A stretch of 41,154 nucleotides of DNA from a virus (Duplodnaviria > Caudoviricetes), in IMG/VR virus record IMGVR_UViG_3300014656_006067, positions 1 through 41,154 of that record; one strand, written 5' to 3'. The notes under the pieces are model-generated. The model saw only the letters and a list, made by a program, of their open reading frames with translations, ran no database searches and was not told the origin of the DNA. A program made the position numbers and the translations under genes. This document shows positions 34,054-41,154 of this stretch, in pieces (the first letter of the stretch is position 1; each line of letters opens with the position of its first letter).

Positions 34054-34168
34054 GAGTTTGGTGTAGGACGCGGGGCGGGCTATCCTCTGTGCGAGGGTTC
34101 ACCGCCCACGGATGTTCTCGCGTCCGCTATGGGTTGATGAGACACGCGCGTTGCCTCTAGCCTCCTGA

Positions 34169-34477
34169 TCACAAGCCTCCCCGCTCGAACTTCAACTGGA
34201 TCCACGCCTGAATCCGCTTCGGCCAGCCGAACGCCGTGGGGTTGTTACGCCGCCCGTGTGGGACGACGTTGACGCAGCCGGTGGCCTTAAGCTCCTCGGC
34301 ATAGCCTGCGAGCTTGCGTTTGCAGATCAGCGGTTTTTCAACGATCCGCCCGGCCTCGACCACGCGGACATGGAAACACAGCCGCCAGATGGAATCCCAG
34401 CCTCGGATGGGCGTATCAGGCACAGGCATTGTCTCCTGCCCCGGCTGCACACCTCTCTCCTCAGCGGCGCTGCCCAT
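34169..34477 (-). CDS. Small putative DNA-binding protein (Xis/MerR-like winged HTH), candidate late activator
   Basis: IRGWDSIW...AFGWPKRIQAWI pattern; last gene before the terminator and repeat-bearing promoter. Confidence 0.5.
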   Translation of the reverse strand: MGSAAEERGVQPGQETMPVPDTPIRGWDSIWRLCFHVRVVEAGRIVEKPLICKRKLAGYAEELKATGCVNVVPHGRRNNPTAFGWPKRIQAWIQLKFERGGL

Positions 34478-34479
34478 GG

Positions 34480-34881
34480 CTAGTAGTGCTCCACGATGGT
34501 CAGGTGGAACTCGTCATGGCCATCCATGAGCTTCAAGAACTTCTCGAAGGCCGGGGCGGACTCGGCCACGGCGTTGTCGGCGAACTTGCTGCCCAGCAGG
34601 ATGCAGCCGTGACTGTCCTCCTGGGTGTTGCCCTTGTGAAAGAGCACGGCGCTGCGGCCGGGGACGCCCACGACCTCGAACGTGTTGCCGAACTTGGGGG
34701 AGTTGACCCGCCTGCAGAGATATTGCTGGGCCGGGATGCTGGACATGTTCTGTGCGTTGAGCAGGTCCTCACGCTCCATGGTCAGGCATACGGGCACCTT
34801 CTGGACGCGCATCGCGCCCATGGTTCCGAGGCCGGGGACCTCTGCCAAACGGATGATTTCGACGATGGGGATGAGTCTCAT
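34480..34881 (-). CDS. DUF5675-family protein, putative endolysin
   Basis: CLTME...IPAQQY...SPKFG...VPGRSAVLFHKGN...DSHGCILLG, with a His/Cys pair reminiscent of L,D-transpeptidases. Confidence 0.8.
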   Translation of the reverse strand: MRLIPIVEIIRLAEVPGLGTMGAMRVQKVPVCLTMEREDLLNAQNMSSIPAQQYLCRRVNSPKFGNTFEVVGVPGRSAVLFHKGNTQEDSHGCILLGSKFADNAVAESAPAFEKFLKLMDGHDEFHLTIVEHY

Positions 34882-34895
34882 GATGCTTTGCCTCC

Positions 34896-35159
34896 CTATT
34901 TTTCCAATTCGTCTGAGTAAATCCGCGCCCGGAGCATCTCAATGCCGCCGAGCCCGAGGATCACGTTGTTCTTGAATCCATCCGAATACGTGGTGCCGAT
35001 GCTGCCGTCGTCGCAAAGAGCAATGACCGCCACACCCTCGATCTTCCCCTCGTCTGCGTCCTTGGCCAGGGCCCTGAGCAAAGAGGCTTCCCCGGACTCC
35101 AGGGCCTTCTTGATGTCAGGCTTTCGGGATGAGATGATGGTGATCTTGGGGGTGCTCAC
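34896..35159 (-). CDS. Hypothetical protein
   Basis: 87 aa; GTGA overlap with the upstream gene. Confidence 0.6.
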   Translation of the reverse strand: MSTPKITIISSRKPDIKKALESGEASLLRALAKDADEGKIEGVAVIALCDDGSIGTTYSDGFKNNVILGLGGIEMLRARIYSDELEK

Positions 35160-35440
35160 GCCGCCATCTCCTCGGTCAAAAAGGTCACGATGTTCCCGCG
35201 CTCCCGGTCGTAGACCACTACAGGCCTCTGGCCCCCGCAGCGCACCCGATACAGCCGCACCCTCTTCGACTGGACCGCAACCAACTTGGCCTCGCCGCTC
35301 TGTATCTGCTGCACCAACTTGTCGTGCAGGGCATGGGTCAATTCAATGCCGTACCTCTCAAGGGCGCGGCACCTGGCATAATACTGTTGGTTCTTGGCCT
35401 TATTTTGCTTTTTCCGGTTTTTGAAACGTGGCTTTCTCAT
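35156..35440 (-). CDS. Hypothetical basic phage protein
   Basis: 94 aa; GGAGG RBS; RALERYGI...VVVYD...IVTFL pattern. Confidence 0.65.
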   Translation of the reverse strand: MRKPRFKNRKKQNKAKNQQYYARCRALERYGIELTHALHDKLVQQIQSGEAKLVAVQSKRVRLYRVRCGGQRPVVVYDRERGNIVTFLTEEMAA

Positions 35441-35452
35441 ACCGCAACCTCC

Positions 35453-35854
35453 TTACCCACGTGTTCCCGCAAACAACGATCTGAAGAAAGCCTCTTGGGC
35501 AGACCCGTTCTCCCACGCCTCGGCCTCCTCCTTTTCTTCCCGGAAGGCGTCCATCTCCGCCCGCAGCCGGTCCCGCTCGTCGCTCAGTTCCTTGTTGCGG
35601 GCGGCCATGCCGTCCACGGCCCGCATGTGGCTGATGATGCTGATGGTGCCCCGGGCCTCAAATTTGCCGCAGAGGATGACCAAACGGCGCTTGCGGTACA
35701 ACGGCCGCATGTCCGTCTTGTCTTTGGGGTTGGGGTAGGTGATGAACTCTTGGGCCAGGGGATCGCGGCCCAGGGCCTCCCACGCCTCGGCGGTGATCTC
35801 CAGGGTCTCGGCCCCGTGCTCCACCATGTGGTCAAGCTGTTCGCGGATGTTCAT
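35453..35854 (-). CDS. Hypothetical protein with C-terminal coiled coil
   Basis: 133 aa; GAGGAGG RBS. Confidence 0.65.
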   Translation of the reverse strand: MNIREQLDHMVEHGAETLEITAEAWEALGRDPLAQEFITYPNPKDKTDMRPLYRKRRLVILCGKFEARGTISIISHMRAVDGMAARNKELSDERDRLRAEMDAFREEKEEAEAWENGSAQEAFFRSLFAGTRG

Positions 35855-35863
35855 GCGGCCTCC

Positions 35864-36079
35864 TCAGTTCCAGGTAAATTCGTTGTTGCGCCTGCGCCTC
35901 TCGATGATTCGGCCGCAGCGCATGGCGTGGGCCTCGCGCCTACGCTTCCTTCTCCGGCGTTCCCTCTTGAACCATGCGGCGGGCTTGCTCCCGGGCTTCT
36001 TGTCCCGGCCCAACTTCTCGTCCGCCAGCCCGAGCCATTGGTGCTCGGCGATACTGTGGTCGCGCCTGGTCCGGCTCAT
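35864..36079 (-). CDS. Small arginine-rich protein
   Basis: 71 aa; WFKRERRRRKRRRE; ATGA coupling. Confidence 0.6.
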   Translation of the reverse strand: MSRTRRDHSIAEHQWLGLADEKLGRDKKPGSKPAAWFKRERRRRKRRREAHAMRCGRIIERRRRNNEFTWN

Positions 36080-36291
36080 CCTCTCGAGACCTCCACAGCA
36101 CCACCCATCAGGCGGTTGAAAAGCAATTCGCCCCTGGTCAGGCCACCGGGCCGCAGGAGTTCGGCCTTCTTGCGGCTCACAACTATTGTGCGCGGGTCAG
36201 CCATACCGGCCAGGCAATGGCATTCGCCCAGGGGCAGCCCGCAGTGCACACAGACCTTGATTCTGTCGGTGGGGAGAGTGATTGGTTTCAC
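36076..36291 (-). CDS. Small Zn-finger-like protein
   Basis: CVHCGLPLGECHC; GTGA overlap with rusA. Confidence 0.6.
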   Translation of the reverse strand: MKPITLPTDRIKVCVHCGLPLGECHCLAGMADPRTIVVSRKKAELLRPGGLTRGELLFNRLMGGAVEVSRG

Positions 36292-36659
36292 GCTGCTTCC
36301 TCCATGATTTCTTCGATCTCAACCACCACACGCCCGCCCTTGCAGGTCCCGGAGCGCACCAGCCGCAGATCGTCAATCTGTCCGTCGTCGTCGAAGGCTC
36401 CGCCCTTTTCCAGGGCATCGGCCAACTGCTTCCAGTGGTTGTCCAGATCCCACTTGCGCCGGGTGGGCGGATGATAGGTGGCCACGATCCGCAACCGAGC
36501 GTCGCGCATAGGCCGGAACTCGCCACGGGCCCGGTGTTCCCAGAGAACGGCCTTGATCAGACTGCGGTATTTCTTGGCGGCAGCCGAGAGCAACACATGC
36601 TTGCCGACGTGGCGCCAGTACATATTGCCGGAGGGGGGCCAGGGGAGTGTGAGCTTCAT
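36288..36659 (-). CDS. rusA: RusA-family Holliday junction resolvase
   Basis: LTLPWPPSGNMYWRH, RRKWDLDNHWKQLADAL and DDDGQID motifs; start reassigned to ATG 36659 (GGAGG RBS). Confidence 0.92.
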   Translation of the reverse strand: MKLTLPWPPSGNMYWRHVGKHVLLSAAAKKYRSLIKAVLWEHRARGEFRPMRDARLRIVATYHPPTRRKWDLDNHWKQLADALEKGGAFDDDGQIDDLRLVRSGTCKGGRVVVEIEEIMEEAA

Positions 36660-36802
36660 TTTGTTTCCAGCCTCCAAAGCAGGTAGACACAAACTAAAGT
36701 CAGAAACCATAGGTGTATTTCATGGCGAACGCCCAGCCAGTGCCAGGCTCCCCACAGGTCACGCAGACCATGCAACACGAACAAATATTGCTCAGTGCTC
36801 AT
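36656..36802 (-). CDS. 48-aa membrane peptide
   Basis: MSTEQYLF...HLWFLTLVCVYLLWRLETK; ATGA overlaps on both sides; forms the tail of the 349-aa track ORF. Confidence 0.55.
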   Translation of the reverse strand: MSTEQYLFVLHGLRDLWGAWHWLGVRHEIHLWFLTLVCVYLLWRLETK

Positions 36803-37317
36803 CGTCTCTCCCACACCCGGGCCATCCATGTCCGGGCCTCGTCCGTCAGCTCGGCCACCCGGCCGAACCTGCCGGCGACGGTCCCGCATCGCCTGGGGAT
36901 ATGGGCACCAATGGCGCGCAGTCTCACCTGTAGCTGTTTCTCGGTCAGCTCCGGCAAATTCCGGCGCTTGGCGCGGTTGTTGTACGTCCTCAGGATGTCC
37001 AGGAGCAGGCAGCGCCCGGCCAGCCACTGCACCCCGCGCATCGCGTCCGTCAGACAGTCGTTGGCGGTCGATCTGACCAGCCATGAGGGCTCGGCCTTTT
37101 TCGGCTGTGGGGCCTTTGGCCTGCCAACAGGCTTTGGCGCGCTCTTCGGCGGCTTTGCCTTGGGCGGCGTGACGGCCTTGGGTTCGATCTTGGCTTGGGG
37201 TTTTTTCGTGGGCACGGCCTTGAGTTTCGGCGCGCGCGTTTGCTTCTCCACCCTGCGTTCGGCCAGGAGTTTGTCCAGGATCTCCTGCTTGCCCATGATT
37301 CGTCCGGGGAGACCCAT
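36799..37317 (-). CDS. Hypothetical basic protein with a Pro/Lys-rich linker
   Basis: GGAGG RBS before ATG 37317 (alternative start 37296); PKAKPPKSAPKP linker and folded C-terminal part. Confidence 0.65.
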   Translation of the reverse strand: MGLPGRIMGKQEILDKLLAERRVEKQTRAPKLKAVPTKKPQAKIEPKAVTPPKAKPPKSAPKPVGRPKAPQPKKAEPSWLVRSTANDCLTDAMRGVQWLAGRCLLLDILRTYNNRAKRRNLPELTEKQLQVRLRAIGAHIPRRCGTVAGRFGRVAELTDEARTWMARVWERR

Positions 37318-37705
37318 CAGAGCACCTCCCCCCTACAACCTCAGGCTTCACACAAGCATTGACCGCCGCAGATTTGTAGAGTTCACGGCAGTACATGGCC
37401 ATCACCTCGCCATAGTCTTTGCGTTGGCGACCACGGCCAAAATTGCGGCCATAGGCCACGAGAATTTGAATTTCTGTGGGAAGGGTATTCGGGTCAGCAT
37501 CGAAATAAACTTTCGCAGCGCTATTAATCTGCCCGACGGTCAGACAATGGATATTCGGATAGAAAAAATCGGAATTTTCCTTAACCTTCTCCTGGTCACC
37601 GGCTTCCGGATCGCCAATCTTGCGCATCATCCTGGCAACGATGTTTTGAACATCTTGGCGCGTGGCCCCGGGGTTGCGGTCCCGAACGATTGCAACGCTG
37701 CTCAT
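37317..37705 (-). CDS. Hypothetical protein downstream of the initiator; apparent frameshift at the G6 run (37328-37333)
   Basis: ATGA overlap with the initiator and GGAGG RBS; as given it reads through 349 aa over the next gene, but one extra G would stop it at the TGATG junction at 37315-37319 (129 aa). Confidence 0.5.
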
Positions 37706-38634
37706 GCTCCACCTCCGTCCTCGACGTAGGCATCAACAAAGCGCTTGCCGAGAATGCGGTTGTCAAATTCCCCGTTGTCAGCAACCCTCTGCCTCCCGCC
37801 GAGCCGGGTTAAAACACGCAGTGCAACCTCGTCGGTTGGCATTTTATTCGCGGAGCTGAGGCAAGAGCCAACAATCTGCTCCCACAAAAGACGGGCCTTT
37901 GCCTTCAAATCGTCGTCGCTCGGTCCTGGTTTTTGTGTATTTGTCGGGCGACTTTGCCAGTAGCGCTTTTTTATGTAATTTGCCGGGGTTGGTATGTATT
38001 TTCCGCCGTCCGCCTGCCAATCCCACGACTCTGACCACTCGTTGAGCCTGTCGAGTTGGTAGGTCAGACCTCCGAGTTCTCGGCAAACAATATTCCACTG
38101 CTCAAAGGCCAGGGTTTTATGGCGGGCGTCTTTTTTGAAATTCAGGCCTTCAGGGTAGCCGTCAAACCACTGCTCAAATTCCAGGTTCCCAATGCCGTTT
38201 TCAAAAGAAGGACTACAGGTAGTTTTCTTTGGAGATGAAGATGAAGATGAAGAAAGAGGCGTTACTTCTGTGTTACTATCGCCGTTATTTTTGGCGTTAC
38301 GGTACTTTTTTTGCCTCTCAGCGTTTGAAATTCTTACACTTTCTTCACGCTCCATTCTGCGATTGACGAGCGTTATTTTTTTGTTACGCCGCGTTACGGT
38401 CGCAACGTTTGTGTCTTCAACTTCCACCAAAAACATTTCAAAATCAGGGGACGAAAGAGACAAAACCCGGGCCAATTGCTCGGGTGTTCCGGTCAGTTTT
38501 CCACGCTCTTCCGATTCCCACATGAGGCAAAGGCAGTCGATCCAGATCCCGCGTGTGGCGTGTGAGCAAAGCCGCACGGCAGGGTCTGCCAACCAGTCTT
38601 TGACGTAGAATTGAAATGCCGGTGCTTTCGCCAT
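37702..38634 (-). CDS. Phage replication initiator (lambda O-like; YdaU/DUF1376-type N-terminus)
   Basis: PAFQFYVKDWLAD...RGIWIDCLCLMW, NRRMERE, poly-Ser linker, FEQWFDGYP and YIPTPANYI motifs. Confidence 0.85.
   Translation of the reverse strand: MAKAPAFQFYVKDWLADPAVRLCSHATRGIWIDCLCLMWESEERGKLTGTPEQLARVLSLSSPDFEMFLVEVEDTNVATVTRRNKKITLVNRRMEREESVRISNAERQKKYRNAKNNGDSNTEVTPLSSSSSSSPKKTTCSPSFENGIGNLEFEQWFDGYPEGLNFKKDARHKTLAFEQWNIVCRELGGLTYQLDRLNEWSESWDWQADGGKYIPTPANYIKKRYWQSRPTNTQKPGPSDDDLKAKARLLWEQIVGSCLSSANKMPTDEVALRVLTRLGGRQRVADNGEFDNRILGKRFVDAYVEDGGGA
38259..38400. repeat. Iteron-like GTTA(C/T) repeats, putative replication origin inside the initiator gene
   Basis: GTTAY at 38261, 38272, 38284, 38296 and 38372, 38383, 38393 (10-12 bp spacing), interleaved with T-tracts. 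Confidence 0.6.
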
Positions 38635-38679
38635 CTATCCTTGACTTCCCGCCCTATCCGGGCTGTATTCCTGCCTTCT

Positions 38680-38868
38680 CTAATTCCCGTGAGCCCTGGT
38701 GCCCGGGGTGGTCCCGGGCCTGGGGTTCCGCGGTTTGTCTTGCAGATATTGTCCGCTAAAACAGGCCCCGCAGCAGTGCATGATCCGCGCCCACCTCTCG
38801 TCCGAGTAGTCGGGCCTGCGCACGATCACGCGCCCGCACGGGCAAAATTTCGTCTCAGGCCGTGGCAC
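38680..38868 (-). CDS. Small Cys-rich (Zn-binding) protein; start uncertain
   Basis: KFCPCG...HCCGAC. Confidence 0.5.
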   Translation of the reverse strand: MPRPETKFCPCGRVIVRRPDYSDERWARIMHCCGACFSGQYLQDKPRNPRPGTTPGTRAHGN

Positions 38869-39196
38869 TGGTCGGCATGTCCAACTCTTCGCGGGTGATC
38901 TCCACAATGCGCTGGTTTCGCAGCCGCCTGTTTTCCTCGGCCAGGTGCTCGGACCTGGTGTGGAGTAGCCCGTTCTCAGCCACCACCCTGTCCATACGCT
39001 TAGACAGGTTTTGGGTCCGGCTCTCGGCCTTCATGGCTCTCGCCTCGGCCAGGGCCAGTTCCCTGTCCACCGCGCGGCATTCAGCCTCCCAGAACTTGGC
39101 GCGCATCACGGCGGAAAGGTTCCCGGCCGTGGTCATGCAGCGGTCAAGCAGCCTCTGGGCCCTCGTCGCTGTCCGTCTGTCTTGTGTCGTTCCCAT
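38855..39196 (-). CDS. Hypothetical coiled-coil protein
   Basis: 113 aa; GGGAGG RBS; heptad-like helix. Confidence 0.6.
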   Translation of the reverse strand: MGTTQDRRTATRAQRLLDRCMTTAGNLSAVMRAKFWEAECRAVDRELALAEARAMKAESRTQNLSKRMDRVVAENGLLHTRSEHLAEENRRLRNQRIVEITREELDMPTSATA

Positions 39197-39770
39197 GGTC
39201 GTCGTTGCCTCCCGTCAGGAATCGCATCCAAAATCCAGGGGAGGACATCTCCGCCCTGGAAAAACGTGAACCGCAAACGTCCTGCTCGGCGCAGAACAGG
39301 TTGCGGTAGATGGTCTTGAATTGCCGGATCTCGTCACCGGCCTTGTCCGCGTTGCGGTCGATGAGATTGGGATGTTCTCGGTTCTCGGCGAGCTGCAGCA
39401 TCAGGTTGAGCGCCTTGAAAACCTCGGTGAATTGGCCGTGGATGTTATCTCCGTGGCCCGGCTGGGTTTCGCCCGGCTGCACCAATGTCAGGCCCAGGGG
39501 CTCGGCGATGATCCGCACAACGTCAGCGGCCAACTCCTGCTCCCCGGCCTCGGCCAGATCGGTGAGCATCCCCCGCAGCCAGTCGATGGGGTTGCGCTCC
39601 CAGTCCGACGAAAATTCCGGGTTGCGCCCCCAGCGGTAGAGCTGTGTTGTGCTGCGGTTTCCGAATCTTCCCTGCAATACTGGTAGGCCCAGGATGCTTC
39701 GGGCTGCGTTGAACACCTCCCAGCTCTTCACCGGGATTTCCGATTTGCGAATAGGCAAAACCTTGTTCAT
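39144..39770 (-). CDS. CII-like phage regulator (208 aa)
   Basis: Start reassigned to ATG 39770 (GGAGAAGG RBS); QLYRWGRNP...RNPIDWL...IAEPLG pattern; lies between cro and the initiator. Confidence 0.6.
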   Translation of the reverse strand: MNKVLPIRKSEIPVKSWEVFNAARSILGLPVLQGRFGNRSTTQLYRWGRNPEFSSDWERNPIDWLRGMLTDLAEAGEQELAADVVRIIAEPLGLTLVQPGETQPGHGDNIHGQFTEVFKALNLMLQLAENREHPNLIDRNADKAGDEIRQFKTIYRNLFCAEQDVCGSRFSRAEMSSPGFWMRFLTGGNDDHGNDTRQTDSDEGPEAA

Positions 39771-39812
39771 TTGTCCCTTCTCCTGCGTTTGCGGTTCGTC
39801 CATGGTGTACCC

Positions 39813-40028
39813 ATGGACACCGCAGCAGACGCCCGCGTTCATTGCCGCCAAACAGATCAGGGCCTGTTGTTGACTGTCCGCATCATCCACCAGGGCCGGG
39901 TTCTCTGGTATCGCCACAATTCCGCAGCGCCCGGCCCTCTTCAAAAAATGAAGGCGGAAGCCTTGAAACAGGCACTCCGCCACCACGAGATAGACCGCTG
40001 TATGATCCAGCTTGAATTGCCGCTGTGA
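39813..40028 (+). CDS. 71-aa antisense-orientated protein ending in QLELPL (clamp-binding-motif-like)
   Basis: Protein-like composition; GTGA coupling to the next plus-strand ORF; RBS weak. Confidence 0.45.
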   Translation: MDTAADARVHCRQTDQGLLLTVRIIHQGRVLWYRHNSAAPGPLQKMKAEALKQALRHHEIDRCMIQLELPL

Positions 40029-40237
40029 GCCGCAACTGTTTGGACTGCGCACTGGCCCAGGCGGTCATGCCCGACCCCAACGATGAGGGATGGTTCCTGG
40101 CAACGACGACGTGCACCGTTCCAACCAAGAGCTTTCTCCCAGGGTGGGTTTGCTTGAACTGGAGGCCTCCGAAACATCTCAGGCTCCTCAAGCAGCATCG
40201 TCATCAGCGTCAGCCGCGCCGCTCCATAGGGGAGTAG
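40025..40237 (+). CDS. 70-aa Cys-containing protein
   Basis: NCLDC...C...C; GTG start overlaps the previous TGA; 3' end overlaps the end of cro. Confidence 0.4.
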   Translation: MSRNCLDCALAQAVMPDPNDEGWFLATTTCTVPTKSFLPGWVCLNWRPPKHLRLLKQHRHQRQPRRSIGE

Positions 40238-40409
40238 CCGCGTCAGGGCCAATGACCGCCATGAGCTTGTGCCACGTCGAAAGATTACACGACTCTGCTT
40301 TGCGCAGGGCGTAGATCGTTGAGGCAGGCACACCGGATTTCTCAGCGAGTTCGGCGACCGAAACCCCGGACTTGTCCAGATAGCGATTGATGATATTCTT
40401 GATGCTCAT
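40188..40409 (-). CDS. cro: Cro-like HTH regulator (73 aa)
   Basis: SVAELAEKSGVPASTIYAL XRE-type HTH; divergent from cI. Confidence 0.85.
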   Translation of the reverse strand: MSIKNIINRYLDKSGVSVAELAEKSGVPASTIYALRKAESCNLSTWHKLMAVIGPDAATPLWSGAADADDDAA

Positions 40410-40416
40410 GTCCCCC

Positions 40417-40445
40417 ACCTTACAGAAAACAAGAATACAGGTCAA
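40417..40445 (-). promoter_or_regulatory. pR-like promoter of cro
   Basis: TTGACC (40445-40440), 17-nt spacer, TAAGGT (40422-40417). Confidence 0.65.
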
Positions 40446-40470
40446 TTAAATTCCAGAAAACGCGACAAAG

Positions 40471-40499
40471 ATGACAAAGCCAGAACCGGAGGGTATCTT
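40471..40499 (+). promoter_or_regulatory. pRM-like promoter of cI
   Basis: ATGACA, 17-nt spacer, TATCTT, upstream of the GGAGG RBS. Confidence 0.55.
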
Positions 40500-40515
40500 G
40501 ATCTCGGAGGTAGGA

Positions 40516-41154
40516 ATGCAAACATACGAGAAACTTCTCGACTGGGTCAGGAGAAAGGCAGCCTCCGAAAAGTACCCCTCAGCGTCTAAACTTGCGGAAG
40601 CCTTGCAATTGTCGAGCAAGTCCAAGTTGTACACAGCCCTCAAGAACGAAAGCGTGCCAAAGGCGGATGAGTTTCTGAGGTGGGTGGAATTTTTGGGCGC
40701 GAAGATCTTTCTCCCGGAGGAGTTGGAAAAGCTGAACTCCGAATACTACCCCGTTCCCAAAGTCTTGGCCCGTCCCCAGGCGGGAACGGGAGGGCTACAG
40801 GTCAACGACACCATCACGGGCTTCTATGCCTTCCAGTATGCCTGGTTGAGGTCCAAATGCGTGCCCTCGGACTGTGTGCTGATGGAGGTGGTGGGTGACT
40901 CCATGTCCCCGACCATTGAGGAAAAAGATGTCGTCCTGATCAACCAGGGGTCCGAGGGTAAGGAGGTATACCCCGGAAAAATCTACGTTTTGAGGATTGA
41001 GGACACCATAGCCATCAAGCGCTTGGAGAAACACCCGGGCGAACTGATCTTGAGGTCCGACAACCCCACCTACGAGAGAATGGCCATCCCACTGGACGAA
41101 TCCACCAACATGGAAATTATCGGCAAGGTTATCTGGATCGGTAAAGAAGTTTAG
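40516..41154 (+). CDS. cI: CI-like repressor, HTH plus S24 autopeptidase (212 aa)
   Basis: Start reassigned to ATG 40516 (GGAGG RBS); Ala-Gly site PQAGTG; catalytic VVGDSMSP and AIKRL. Confidence 0.93.
   Translation: MQTYEKLLDWVRRKAASEKYPSASKLAEALQLSSKSKLYTALKNESVPKADEFLRWVEFLGAKIFLPEELEKLNSEYYPVPKVLARPQAGTGGLQVNDTITGFYAFQYAWLRSKCVPSDCVLMEVVGDSMSPTIEEKDVVLINQGSEGKEVYPGKIYVLRIEDTIAIKRLEKHPGELILRSDNPTYERMAIPLDESTNMEIIGKVIWIGKEV

Larger units (their letters stand above)
1..41154. mobile_element. Temperate podovirus-like phage/prophage segment (immunity, replication, lysis, head, tail and ejection modules); integrase and att sites lie outside the window
   Basis: Collinear lambdoid early region (cI/cro/cII-like/O-like/RusA) and minus-strand late operon with terminase, P22-like portal and major capsid; no tape measure, tube or sheath gene recognised. 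Confidence 0.95.

Noticed and set aside
33485-34168. tRNA gene, or the protein-coding ORFs listed in the track (33080-33838 extension, 33675-34160, 33842-34102)
   Set aside because: No cloverleaf with T-loop and CCA found; ORFs lack RBSs, have Pro/Arg/Gly-rich shadow composition and cross a clear terminator or promoter
36656-37705. Single genuine 349-aa protein
   Set aside because: The middle part is shadow-like and overlaps a better gene with its own RBS; better explained by two short genes plus the G-tract frameshift
39771-40052. N-terminal extension of the CII-like protein to 302 aa
   Set aside because: A strong RBS precedes ATG 39770; the extension is antisense to a more plausible plus-strand ORF
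1-41154. Integrase, att sites, IS elements, tape measure or contractile tail genes
   Set aside because: No such motifs recognised; prophage boundaries cannot be determined from this window

Overview
The window is almost entirely one temperate, podovirus-type (short-tailed) phage or prophage segment from a high-GC bacterium. A Desulfovibrio-like host is my impression only and is not demonstrated. Reading from the right end: cI/cro switch, cII-like gene, lambda O-like replication initiator with internal iteron-like repeats, RusA and small early genes, DUF5675 putative lysin, and a putative HTH late activator followed by a terminator and a repeat-flanked promoter with a ~430-nt structured leader. 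Then come holin-like genes, terminase, P22-like portal, scaffold, N4-gp56-type major capsid, two adaptor-like genes, tail nozzle, a LamG/SPRY tail fibre and ejection-type proteins. The operon ends in a 3480-aa polyvalent protein carrying an amino-methyltransferase, an EEIQSD domain, an HExxxH peptidase-like domain, MuF-C and a PLxRFG-like C-terminus, with its modules separated by a recurring [R/L][F/Y]SR motif. A plus-strand moron (atypical antitoxin candidate, RelE/HigB-like toxin, lipoprotein) interrupts the ejection genes. No integrase, att site, tRNA, CRISPR array or reverse transcriptase is visible. All family assignments come from motif recognition by eye, not from database searches.
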